Shown in pieces: positions 1-8,794 of a stretch of 64,000 bases of DNA; within the stretch, counting starts at the first letter, position 1, and each line of letters begins with the position of its first letter. A model generated the notes under the pieces. The model did no database searches, had not been told where the DNA came from, and worked only from the letters and a program-made list of their open reading frames with translations. The DNA is from an uncultured Fibrobacterota bacterium (GTDB lineage: Bacteria; Fibrobacterota; Chitinivibrionia; Chitinivibrionales; FEN-1185). A program made the translations under genes and the position numbers. The stretch covers positions 175,128 to 239,127 of the forward strand of contig CAVSQB010000019.1 in NCBI GenBank assembly GCA_963729895.1, written 5' to 3'.

Positions 1-30
1 GGATTAATCGGCGGAGCATTAAAAGAAACA

Positions 31-2970
31 CTATTCATCCTTCGCCTTCTTCTTGCTTGTTCCATTCGTCTTCGTTGACTCTTCCACAATCTTTATTTCT
101 TCGGGGGTAAGGCCGTACAGATCGTAGACAAGTTCGTCGATCTGGCGGTCGGCGGATTCAATTTGCCGGGTAATGCGGTTCTTTTCGAAATCGGTGCGAA
201 CGCCTGGGAGTTTCTTGTTAAGGGATAAAATAGACGCGGCTAACAAAACTATATCATCGTGGCACTTCTTTTCGGCAGGATTGCCCATGTCAATTGGCGG
301 CAGCGGCAAGCTGCCAAGTTCTTCACACTGAACGTGGATTGTCTGGAATGTCGTGCGATAATAGAACTTCAGTGCAATACTATTAATAATTCCTGCCACG
401 TATCTGAGATCAAAACATGCCGGTTTGTCGTCTTGCGGAATGATAATGAGAACATCCTTGACATAGAAATTGTTATCATCAAATGTCCCTGCAAAATCGG
501 CAGTCGTATCTTTAACCAAAACCTTCGGTTGCTCAAATCGTTCTGCCTCTCCGGGACGCGCAGTGTTACGATGTTCTCGCATTCTTGAGGGAACGTACCA
601 TACATATTCACCTTTGTAATCGTAATAGTACCGCTTTACATCGTTTCCGCGCAACAGGTGTTTATCTTCTCGATGCAATCCCTTTGTGTGGTGAAGGAAC
701 TTCTCGTCGTCGCCAGTCTTCAACCCAAAGCACACATGGAATAAATTGTCAATCCTTTGACCTTTTCGCATTTTCTCTTTTATTATTTCAGTCTTCGGTG
801 AGATGCTGAGGTCGAAAACATTTTGGAAAGTCGAATAGTACGCTATCTGTGGAATCTTGCGTTCCAATACAAAATTGCTACCCATCAGAGTCCGTTTGCT
901 TTCAACGATTTCAATTTGTGTAGATTTGCGTTGTTCACTCGTATCCTTCTGGACGAAGAAGATGCCAGCGGTGACTTGCGCCTCTGCAAAGACTTTTTCC
1001 GGCAATTCGGTAATTTGCTGGATGCGAAAATTGGCAAGAAACAGTTTCCGCAATTCTTGAAAGCTGTTTAGTTGAAGCCAACCATGAGAAACAATGTAAC
1101 TGAACAGTCCGTCTTGTTTCAGCAAGTGGGTCGCTTGCTCGATAAAGCAGCAGTATAGGTCCGATTTGTGCGTAAAAGTCTTGTAATTCTTCCAATAATA
1201 TTCCTTGTCACTTTCTGAAATATTATGAGGCCGCACATAGGGCGGGTTTCCAATTACGGCGTCAAATCCGCCCTTTTGCATTATCTCTTGGAAGCCTGAA
1301 TTCCAGTCAAAGGCATTTGTTTCTCGTACTTCAGGCTTATTTACATATAGAGCCATTTCCTCTTGGACCCCTTCGTAAAAATCCGGCCCAATAAGGGAGT
1401 TTCCGCACTGAATATTCTTCCTTAGCGAAGGCAACACGGTTTCGCCCGCTTCGGCCTTCAATGAGGCGGCAGTGGTCCCCAAGGTCTCATTTTCCAGAAG
1501 CTTTAGGTATAGTGATAGCTGCGAGACTTCCACTGCCTGTTGGTCAATGTCCACGCCATAGATGTTATTGAGCAAGATTTCCCGTTTCTTATGCAGGGTA
1601 AGGCATAGCGCGCCGTCACGTTCAACACAATCGCGCGCCGTAGCCTGCTTCGGGTTCTTGTTGTAGTAGCTGGCGTGGTATCTTATCAAGCAGTCATAAG
1701 CCCCTAGAAGGAAGGAGCCGCTTCCACAAGCGATATCAGCGAACCGCATCCCGGCAATTTCTTCCGGCGTTTTGTCTTTTATCAGCTTGCCGATTGTGTT
1801 TTCAACGATGTAGCGGACAATATACTCGGGAGTGTAGAAAACCCCGCCTGCTTTTTTTACCTCGGGCTTTTCTTCCACCTTGGCGCGCTTGGCCGTTGTG
1901 GTAATGATCTTCCCCAGGAACCGCTCGTAAATACTGCCAAGGATATGGATGGGTATCTTATCGAAGTCGTAAGGCGTGTTTTTGCTTGAAAGCTTCTCGC
2001 ATATATCCGCAAATTCGTTTTCATCGAATTTGAAATCTGGCGCGTCAAGGATGTCGTGTTTCTTGTATATGGTGCCGTTGTACACCTTGTCCAGTTTCCG
2101 GCACGTCGCAACGAAATCTTTCCACACGCTATCGCTCTTCGTCCCGAAATTGGATATAATGTCTTCGGGTTCAATCAGCTTATCTTCCAGGAACCGGATG
2201 AACACAAGCCGGTCAATGACACGTTGCACTATCTCCGTGAGTGCCCAATGGTCCAGTTCCGGGTTTCCGTTCTTGAATGCGTGTGCAAGGGTGTTGCGAT
2301 AGCCGTCAAGCTCGTCGAGAAGCGCCTCGTCAATAGGCTTGTAACCGCCCTTGAATAGCCCAAGCTGCACGGCCCCGCCCCGCGCCTTGGGAAGCACCAA
2401 GGTTCTCTTTTCAATTGAGCCGCCCGCGACTGCTTCGCGGGAAAATAGGTAGTAAATTTCCGCAAACTTCTCTTTATTCAGGTAGTCTTGATAGGTATAT
2501 TTCTTTACAAAACGGTCAAGGGCTGTCTCTATGGAAGGCGCGTAGCGGCAATCAAGAACGTGGATCTGCTCAAAATCGGTAAGAATCGCAAGCGGCGTTT
2601 CGCTGCTGTACCCGTATCGAATGGTCTGGAAGTAGTCATCGGCGTTTTCGATTTGTACGGAAGGCTTCTTCGCTTCGGCATAGAATGCCACGTCCCGGAA
2701 ATTCGGCGCGACGTAAAAAGCATAGTCGGCGCGCTTCCTCTTGCCCTGCGCGTTCACGTTTGATTCAATGTGCGCTTCCTGCTCGTAGGGGTTCTTGTCG
2801 GACTCGTGGTTTACGTCCCACCCCAGGGCAATAAAGAATTTGTCTATGAAGTCGTGCCGGGCAGCTTGTTCGGAGTACGAAGAGGCGAGATAATAGTCTT
2901 TGTTACCGTCGAAATCTTCGACCAGCTTCTTTACGGTATTGAAGGCGGTTTCAAGAGTAGTTTGGAGCAT
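31..2970 (-). CDS. Type IIG restriction-modification enzyme (fused endonuclease + N6-adenine methyltransferase + TaqI-C-like specificity domain)
   Basis: 979-aa ORF. N-terminal PD-(D/E)XK-like motif (RADY...YAEAK), motif X (GVFYTP), motif I (DIACGSGSF), motif IV (IGNPPY), C-terminal TRD with the typical 'IDELVYDLYGLT' tail. Confidence 0.92.
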   Translation of the reverse strand: MLQTTLETAFNTVKKLVEDFDGNKDYYLASSYSEQAARHDFIDKFFIALGWDVNHESDKNPYEQEAHIESNVNAQGKRKRADYAFYVAPNFRDVAFYAEAKKPSVQIENADDYFQTIRYGYSSETPLAILTDFEQIHVLDCRYAPSIETALDRFVKKYTYQDYLNKEKFAEIYYLFSREAVAGGSIEKRTLVLPKARGGAVQLGLFKGGYKPIDEALLDELDGYRNTLAHAFKNGNPELDHWALTEIVQRVIDRLVFIRFLEDKLIEPEDIISNFGTKSDSVWKDFVATCRKLDKVYNGTIYKKHDILDAPDFKFDENEFADICEKLSSKNTPYDFDKIPIHILGSIYERFLGKIITTTAKRAKVEEKPEVKKAGGVFYTPEYIVRYIVENTIGKLIKDKTPEEIAGMRFADIACGSGSFLLGAYDCLIRYHASYYNKNPKQATARDCVERDGALCLTLHKKREILLNNIYGVDIDQQAVEVSQLSLYLKLLENETLGTTAASLKAEAGETVLPSLRKNIQCGNSLIGPDFYEGVQEEMALYVNKPEVRETNAFDWNSGFQEIMQKGGFDAVIGNPPYVRPHNISESDKEYYWKNYKTFTHKSDLYCCFIEQATHLLKQDGLFSYIVSHGWLQLNSFQELRKLFLANFRIQQITELPEKVFAEAQVTAGIFFVQKDTSEQRKSTQIEIVESKRTLMGSNFVLERKIPQIAYYSTFQNVFDLSISPKTEIIKEKMRKGQRIDNLFHVCFGLKTGDDEKFLHHTKGLHREDKHLLRGNDVKRYYYDYKGEYVWYVPSRMREHRNTARPGEAERFEQPKVLVKDTTADFAGTFDDNNFYVKDVLIIIPQDDKPACFDLRYVAGIINSIALKFYYRTTFQTIHVQCEELGSLPLPPIDMGNPAEKKCHDDIVLLAASILSLNKKLPGVRTDFEKNRITRQIESADRQIDELVYDLYGLTPEEIKIVEESTKTNGTSKKKAKDE

Positions 2971-3068
2971 GGATTTTCCTTGAGGATGTCAAAAGGAAAA
3001 TATCTAATGGGGATCATCAAGCAAAGTCTGTACGGTTTGGACGGAATGCGATATCTGCCGTGCCGCCC

Positions 3069-3818
3069 TTATTTCTGCGGAAGCGCGAGTAAGTCTGTTA
3101 ATTGGCGGTACCCAAAGTAGTCCACAATGAACAAGGGAAGGCCGCTGATTATGGCAACGGTACGATTGGGATCGATATGTTTCGATCTTTGTTCCTTCAG
3201 AATGCGCTCCTGAGTCATCTGCGCGTACTCCGTTGGCGATGGATACTCGTATACATTGAATAGCAGACACCGCGTTCTCTTCAGTCCATGCTCAATTAGC
3301 ACTTTCCAATCTGGGAATTGTATTTTGTCCGTATCCCGATACCCGGATCTTTTGTGAACGATGCGCTTATATCCTTTATTGATTTTCGCCACAATGGCGC
3401 GCTGAAAGAAACCAGGTCTAGCTGGATCATAGTCCTTGATCGACTCAACCATGGGATAGCTTACGTACAGTTTGCCGTGTTCGGTTTCTTCATCAAAGAA
3501 CTGAATCATTTCATCTAGATTATCGTCTGACGACGTAGGTGCATGTCCATCATAGTCGAAGAAGAGAAAAATCTGCGAGACGCGATGCCTCTCAAGAGCG
3601 CAGATTGCTGGATTATCCCTGTTTCTTTCCTTGACAACCTCGAATACGTCAAGATCTCTATCCTTTTTCAAAATATTCCACAAACCATAAATATCATGCT
3701 TGATCGGGGCACACACCCTTGGGTTTCTTTCACCCTGGAAGAACGTTTTGTTGATATTTACGAATAGCTTGGGTTCTGTCTTTTCACCCTCAAAGATTAA
3801 CAGCGTGAAATCAGTCAT
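3069..3818 (-). CDS. RloB-like / AbiLii-like (TOPRIM-like) protein
   Basis: Likely start ATG at 3818 overlaps the ATPase stop (ATGACTGA). Motifs 'IFEGEKTE', 'FFDYD' and 'VSYPMVE' match the RloB/TOPRIM pattern (E-G-x-TE ... DxD ... S-x-P-xx-E). Confidence 0.7.
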   Translation of the reverse strand: MTDFTLLIFEGEKTEPKLFVNINKTFFQGERNPRVCAPIKHDIYGLWNILKKDRDLDVFEVVKERNRDNPAICALERHRVSQIFLFFDYDGHAPTSSDDNLDEMIQFFDEETEHGKLYVSYPMVESIKDYDPARPGFFQRAIVAKINKGYKRIVHKRSGYRDTDKIQFPDWKVLIEHGLKRTRCLLFNVYEYPSPTEYAQMTQERILKEQRSKHIDPNRTVAIISGLPLFIVDYFGYRQLTDLLALPQK

Positions 3819-4926
3819 CTTGGAATGCCCCCGCTCTAAGCATCTTTTCGATATTGTGAGCCTCTCTGAGTTCCTTGTCCGTAAACTCAAAGATAGGTCT
3901 AATCGCATTATCTTCCAAAATGAAATAGCAATCAGGCCGTAGGAGGTCGTTAGACATAATACTCGTGTTATGGGTAGTGATGATTGTCTGGGCTTCAATC
4001 TTCTTGATCAGCTGTACTAAGGATCTTGAGAGATTAAAATGGTAGAAAGCGTCATATTCATCAATGAACAGGAAGGAAACGTCAGTGTGGTGCTGCAACC
4101 TCTGAAACCAGTAATAAAACAATGTCAGAGATCTTGTACCCGTTGATGCTGTATCCCAAAAGATGATCTTCTTGCTTCCCACACGGTTCATAACAACCTT
4201 TTTCCCATTCACTTCATCCACACATAAGTTGCACTTTACTTTCGCAACTTTCAAGAAAGATTCAAACTCCGACAGGTGGTCTTTTTCGATGATATCGTCC
4301 AGGATGTTACGCGCGCCTGTTTCGTAGCCCAAATATGCGTTCTGGTCCAGTGACCGAAAAAACAACATTTTATCCACAAATTTCCCAAAAGCCAATAGCA
4401 CGTCATTCACTGTGTCTTTTTCAAGGACCGTATTGCTAAGAATGTACTTGATAACTGATATCTTCGTGCCTTTCATGTCCTTGTTCAGGGTCTCCGTTCC
4501 TTTCAGTTCTATGGTAGCTTGCGTACCGTTTCTCTTGTCAATTTTTGCAACAACCTTACCATTTATCACAAGCTCTTCGAAGATAATATCATCTTGGGAT
4601 TTCTTTCCGTAGTGGTATATTAATTCAGAGTTGTTAAACCTAAAGAAGTATTCGAATTCAGCTATTCTTTCAAGATCGCCACCGAATAGGAAGTTGGTAT
4701 AGAATATGAGAGTCTTCGTTTTGTCAGTGAGGTGAGAAACGATGTCGAAAATGGCAAAACCCAGATTCGATTTACCACTACTGTTGGGACCATAGATGAT
4801 CGCCTTATTCACGATTGAGTCCTTGATGCATTCTGTGTTGAACTCATAATCCTTGGTGTTTGATAGGTCAAACACAAGCTTATGCTCGAAGTTCTTGAAG
4901 TCCTTGACTGTGAATTTTGTTAGCAT
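3811..4926 (-). CDS. ABC-type AAA_21 ATPase (RloA/AbiLi-like)
   Basis: N-terminal 'VKDFKNF', Walker A GPNSSGKS, signature-like ASTGT, Walker B FIDEYD, H-loop ITTH. Translationally coupled to the RloB-like gene. Confidence 0.85.
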   Translation of the reverse strand: MLTKFTVKDFKNFEHKLVFDLSNTKDYEFNTECIKDSIVNKAIIYGPNSSGKSNLGFAIFDIVSHLTDKTKTLIFYTNFLFGGDLERIAEFEYFFRFNNSELIYHYGKKSQDDIIFEELVINGKVVAKIDKRNGTQATIELKGTETLNKDMKGTKISVIKYILSNTVLEKDTVNDVLLAFGKFVDKMLFFRSLDQNAYLGYETGARNILDDIIEKDHLSEFESFLKVAKVKCNLCVDEVNGKKVVMNRVGSKKIIFWDTASTGTRSLTLFYYWFQRLQHHTDVSFLFIDEYDAFYHFNLSRSLVQLIKKIEAQTIITTHNTSIMSNDLLRPDCYFILEDNAIRPIFEFTDKELREAHNIEKMLRAGAFQDD

Positions 4927-4973
4927 GTACAAAAGCCTCTTTCCTTTAGGGGGGATTTCCCGTGGTCCGCTAT

Positions 4974-4990
4974 CCGTAAAATAATTACGG
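4974..4990. promoter_or_regulatory. Inverted repeat upstream of the ATPase gene (candidate operator)
   Basis: CCGTAA-aataa-TTACGG, about 50 bp upstream of the ATPase start. Confidence 0.35.
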
Positions 4991-5196
4991 CAACTTCAAT
5001 AACATAGGATTGCATGAATTTCTTGCAGGGTATCAGAGCAATGCGTGCGCGCCTCGCAGACCCGGAGCGCGTTATCTGCGATGAAAGTGTTGAATCAGGG
5101 AGAGGGAGGAATCCAGGGTGAAACTCTGAACAAAAAGCGGCAGTGCAAAGACTGGAAGCGGTCAAAAAGTGAATTGCAGTACCTATTTTTGGAAGG

Positions 5197-5973
5197 CTAC
5201 TCGGGCCATTCCTTTAGACCGCATCCATCCACGACGCCTTGCCTCTGAAATATTTTGGAGTTTATTTCTCTCAGGAAGGTGTCATCCCCGCTATTGAAAT
5301 TTCTACCAAACGCATAAGAAACAATGTCCGCCAGCTGCAAAAGATTCGAGGATTCGGACGGTTCGAAAAGAATGCTTTCCACAAAATGAAACGACTTTAT
5401 GTGAAGTGACTGAGCGTAAAGGGCACTGGCAAAATCCCGATATTCCTTTTCTATTCCCTGGTGCACTGCGTCGGAAATAATCATGGCTCGCTTATCGGTT
5501 GCATCATCCAGAAATAGGTTGGCGCGTTCAATCAAGAATTCCCAACTCCTGTTTTTGGGAAGATTCTTATAGTCGACATGGGTTGTGCGTATTTTGGTCT
5601 TGTCAATGGCGACACATAAGATTGTAATTTCCAAATTATTAATCTGTCGGTAAAAATCCAGAAGTATTGCGTTCCGGTCTTCACGTCTGTGAAAAGTAGC
5701 GCCAAACCAGTTCGTCCTGCTTTTCCTCTCGCCATTTGAATTATAGAAAAGTTCTTTGCCGCTCCTAATCGCCGTCGCATGGAGTTCAACTGCTTTTGGA
5801 ACATGATACCGTTGCTTGAAAGATTTTATTGCTGCATCTATTCGGGTCCATTTCCAATCATGAATGATTATACCTACTCGAATAAAGAACCGTGTTGGTG
5901 TAGCATTGGGAGTGTATGTATTGTTCGCGGAAAATCCACAATCCCCTGATTCATCGACGTAAATCAAATGCAT
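5197..5973 (-). CDS. DUF3800 family protein (RNase H-like fold, putative nuclease)
   Basis: N-terminal 'YVDESG', central 'ELHA', C-terminal 'LQLADIVSY' (QxxD). ATG at 5973 is preceded by a GGAGG RBS. Confidence 0.85.
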   Translation of the reverse strand: MHLIYVDESGDCGFSANNTYTPNATPTRFFIRVGIIIHDWKWTRIDAAIKSFKQRYHVPKAVELHATAIRSGKELFYNSNGERKSRTNWFGATFHRREDRNAILLDFYRQINNLEITILCVAIDKTKIRTTHVDYKNLPKNRSWEFLIERANLFLDDATDKRAMIISDAVHQGIEKEYRDFASALYAQSLHIKSFHFVESILFEPSESSNLLQLADIVSYAFGRNFNSGDDTFLREINSKIFQRQGVVDGCGLKEWPE

Positions 5974-5987
5974 TTGCCTCCCCCGCA

Positions 5988-6098
5988 ATAAAAAGCGACC
6001 GAGTGAAGTAGAAACTTCAGCCAGTCGACAAGCGACTGTCTCGGTCGCACTATGCTTCCCTAGGAAATACGGCCTGGAAAGACCGTTATTTTCCTGTC
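5988..6098 (-). ncRNA. Putative structured ncRNA upstream of the DUF3800 gene
   Basis: 5' hairpin (6062-6074 / 6081-6095). Three-way junction: 9-bp outer stem 5995-6003/6040-6048, inner 6-bp hairpins 6004-6009/6014-6019 and 6022-6027/6033-6038. Followed by UUUUUAUU on the minus strand. Confidence 0.65.
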
Positions 6099-6104
6099 CA
6101 TTAA

Positions 6105-6132
6105 ATTATACAATGGTTCCGAGCCGATGCAA
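6105..6132 (-). promoter_or_regulatory. sigma70-type promoter for the ncRNA/DUF3800 unit
   Basis: Minus strand TTGCAT (6132-6127), 16-bp spacer, perfect TATAAT (6110-6105). Confidence 0.65.
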
Positions 6133-6398
6133 GCGTTTTTTTTCTTCGTGCGCCGCGCGCTGGGCTTGTTGCGCTGGCGCTGTTCGCCTTGCCGCCAAGA
6201 TCGTTTCCCCCCGGTGCCGTGCGGCTTCCGGGACTGATTTGCATAAGAGTTTGGACGTTCTTGAGTGTTTTTCCATATAAACAGGCTGTTTTCGCTCCAT
6301 TCGGGCTTTTTCAGCATTTATTTCGATACCTAATTATGCATCATGGTATGCAGGTCTTCTGGCATTGTTCACCCGCGCGCGCAGATTTCTTTGCCCTT

Positions 6399-6811
6399 TT
6401 TTATGGACCACGAAAACTCCGCGTTCGCGCAGCTATTTTGCGCCGTAAAAAGGTTGCAAGCTGTTACCCTTGTGCCCTATCCTGCCAGCGGAAACCCCGT
6501 TGCAACCAAGGTTTCAATCTCCTCTCCCCCGCGCGCAACCAAGGTTGCAACCTGACCCCTGCGCGCGTGCCCTGCGGTTTTCTCCCCGCTTTTATGGACT
6601 CAAGAAACCTCGGAAAATCACCCAATCCCCACGCGAACGGAACCGGCCTTAGAATCGCGGCGGGCTTGGGCATGTCCTAGTAGTGGTCGGGCCTGCCGTT
6701 CCGCCGCGCCACACACGCGCGTATCGTGTCGGAAAATTCGGGCCTATGCCCCCCGCTCACACCGCGCAAGCCATTTGTTTTCCGTTTGTTCTGCCGGGCC
6801 TATGCCCCCCG
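6399..6811. repeat. Cluster of short direct/inverted repeats in a non-coding island tract
   Basis: GCAACCAAGGTT at 6502-6513 and 6535-6546; AAGGTTGCAA at 6450-6459 and 6541-6550; TTTTATGGAC at 6399-6408 and 6590-6599; CGGGCCTATGCCCCCCG at 6739-6755 and 6795-6811. Confidence 0.6.
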
Positions 6812-7158
6812 TCCGCGTTGCCGTCCCGTAAACCCGCGCCACAAGCCCTCAAAGTACGCTGAAACGTGTATTCTACGGTCACAGAAGCCTGGATCGTGGC
6901 CGGGGGTGTACTTGGGGGGATACCTCCGGGCCGATCCGCCTTCAGATACACCTGCCGCCACCCTGTTCCTTTCGCATTTCAGCTCCCCTGGACTTTCGAA
7001 AAACTGAAAAGGTCGATTCTGCCGTTTTATTGCCGTTTCTTTCCAAGGTGGTCGCTCGCTCTTAAAGGCAAGGCCGCTTGCCGGAACGCCGCCCCTGTCC
7101 CGTCAAATCGTTCTTTCTATGGTTGTGCTTTTCTTAATGGCCCGTAGCTGCAATTCAT

Positions 7159-7187
7159 AAGCCGCCCCGGCAAGGCGGTTTTTATTT
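7159..7187 (+). terminator. Rho-independent terminator-like hairpin
   Basis: AAGCCGCC-ccggcaa-GGCGGTTT followed by TTATTT. Confidence 0.55.
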
Positions 7188-7202
7188 GCTGGCCCCTTCC
7201 TG

Positions 7203-7433
7203 TCAAAAATGCCTTATTAATTCCTTCTCGATGCACTCCCTCACGAAATCCGAAAAATTTTTCCCGCCCTATCCGCTTCTCGATCCGCTTCACCATTTCG
7301 ACGGAGAAACGGATAGGCTTTACCACAGAACCCTTGCTCTCAGGCCCGCCAATTTTGGGCGTTCCGCCCACTCTCGGCCTTCCGTCGCTGCCGGTGATTG
7401 TGCCGCCCTTGCCTTATGTGTGGTGATACTCAT
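7203..7433 (-). pseudogene. Frameshifted ribbon-helix-helix (CopG/Arc-like) DNA-binding gene
   Basis: Joining frames gives MSITTHK-/-GGTITGSDGRPRVGG...VKPIRFSVEMVKRIEKRIGRE-/-FSDFVRECIEKEL, a strand-helix-helix pattern. The two compensating 1-nt shifts lie near 7412 and in the A5T5 run near 7253-7262. Confidence 0.5.
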
Positions 7434-7465
7434 GGATTTTTTAAAAGTGGTTTTTTATGGAAAAG

Positions 7466-7507
7466 TGTACCAATGAATGTACCAATTTACTGGTACACTG
7501 TACCAAT
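7466..7507. repeat. Integrase arm-type-like repeats next to the tRNA 3' end (att region)
   Basis: TGTACCAAT at 7466-7474, 7478-7486 and 7499-7507, plus inverted TGGTACA at 7491-7497, about 110 bp from the tRNA 3' end. Confidence 0.55.
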
Positions 7508-7615
7508 TTTCGTGATATTTGATACTATTTTGTAGAGAAGTGAGGCAATGCGGAGAGAATAGAAAAGACCTTTTAGAACGCTGTTTTCATAGGAAGACGT
7601 TGGAAGGGAGAAAAA

Positions 7616-7689
7616 TGCCAGCGCAGAGATTCGAACTCCGGACAAGTGGATTATGATTCCACTGCTCTAACCGACTGAGCTACGCTGGC
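7616..7689 (-). tRNA. tRNA-Met(CAT), elongator type (Ile2 not excluded); CCA not encoded
   Basis: GCCAGCG acceptor / CGCTGGC-A, D-arm GCTC..GAGC, anticodon arm GTGGA-ATCATAA-TCCAC, T-arm CGGAG-TTCGAAT-CTCTG. G1:C72 is paired, so it is not an initiator tRNA. Confidence 0.95.
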
Positions 7690-7995
7690 ATATTCCTGTT
7701 GGAAAAGCACACACAAAATTAAGTGACGGTAGGGAGAGTTGTCAATGAGTTAGGACTGGGAATGGTTTCCACCTGTTTAACCGCCATGGAGAATGCTTTT
7801 TCAAATTCTTGCGGATTTAACCAGGTTTTTGTGAAAAAAATGTGGCAAGAAAAAACCCACAGAAGGCAATATTACGCTGGACAACAAGGAGCACCTTACC
7901 TACCTTTGCGCTTTTGCCGTGCCAATAGGATAACACTTTTCATGAATTCAACTCAAGATTATTGAGAATAGCGTAAACCTGCCAGCCTTCGTCAA

Positions 7996-8685
7996 TCACC
8001 AGGCAAAGTAAATCATCACGGAAATGAGAATCAATGATAGAAGTAATGCAAAGAAGATATTGCCTCTAAGTAAATCAGAACTGATTCTATTTGCAATGAG
8101 AACATACCCTGTCGTGCCTGGCAGCAGGCAGAGCCAGGACCAAAAAACATAGGGGATAAAGGAGATCCTGGTTAGCCCAAAAACATAATTCAGAACGACA
8201 TGAGGGAAGACGGGAATAAGCCGGAGAAAAATCAGGACACGAGTTTCGTGAGCCTTTATAAACATACTATACTTCTCGTACTTTTCGTGTCCCCTAAGCC
8301 ACCTTTCCACTCTTTTGCGGGCGAACCTGCGGGCTATCCAAAAGGCAAGTACCGCCGCAAGAAGAGCCCCACTACTTGAAATTGCTATGGCGATCACTGG
8401 AGAAAAAAGTACGCCCGCGAGGATGGTCATCCCGGTTCCCGGAATCATTGCAAGAGAAGATGCTGCATAACAAATGAAGAAAAGAAGATAACCAACATTT
8501 CCCTCGCCTTGAATGAATTTTCGAAGCACGAATAACCATCCTGAAAGACCTAATACCTCTGATAATAGAATGAAAGTCCCCATGAGCACGAGAAAGACAT
8601 GCCATCGGTTTCGCGTGTTCCCATTATTGTTTGCAATCGCCTTCACACCCATGACCTCCGCGGCATCGGCCCAATCATTTTCCAC
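7996..8685 (-). CDS. TVP38/TMEM64 (DedA/VTT-domain) membrane protein
   Basis: Hydrophobic ORF with 'IPG...AGVLF', 'FLRLIPVFP...NYVFGLT' and 'LPGT' motifs. Confidence 0.85.
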   Translation of the reverse strand: MENDWADAAEVMGVKAIANNNGNTRNRWHVFLVLMGTFILLSEVLGLSGWLFVLRKFIQGEGNVGYLLFFICYAASSLAMIPGTGMTILAGVLFSPVIAIAISSSGALLAAVLAFWIARRFARKRVERWLRGHEKYEKYSMFIKAHETRVLIFLRLIPVFPHVVLNYVFGLTRISFIPYVFWSWLCLLPGTTGYVLIANRISSDLLRGNIFFALLLSLILISVMIYFAW

Positions 8686-8726
8686 TCTTATGTATGGGGA
8701 ATCTCAGTGGTATGAGCATTGGCGGC

Positions 8727-8741
8727 GCAAAATGGATGCCA
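8727..8741 (-). promoter_or_regulatory. sigma54 -24/-12 promoter (DedA gene)
   Basis: Minus strand TGGCATC-CATT-TTGC. Confidence 0.6.
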
Positions 8742-8779
8742 TCCACGGATTCGAAGGGGGCAAAGTTATTGGTAAGTCA

Positions 8780-8794
8780 TGGTACGGTTTTTGC
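8780..8794 (+). promoter_or_regulatory. sigma54 -24/-12 promoter (gene at 8870)
   Basis: TGGTACG-GTTT-TTGC. Confidence 0.65.

Noticed and set aside
6004..6019. TTTCTACT in the RNA hairpin resembling a Cas12a repeat
   Set aside because: Single 8-nt match with no repeat-spacer array and no cas genes. No CRISPR array was seen anywhere in the window.
6060..6317. Short minus-strand ORFs upstream of the DUF3800 unit
   Set aside because: No recognisable motifs or RBS, and they overlap the predicted promoter and RNA. At most a gene remnant.
7616..7689. Initiator tRNA-fMet assignment
   Set aside because: Position 1:72 is a G:C pair and the anticodon stem lacks three consecutive G:C pairs.
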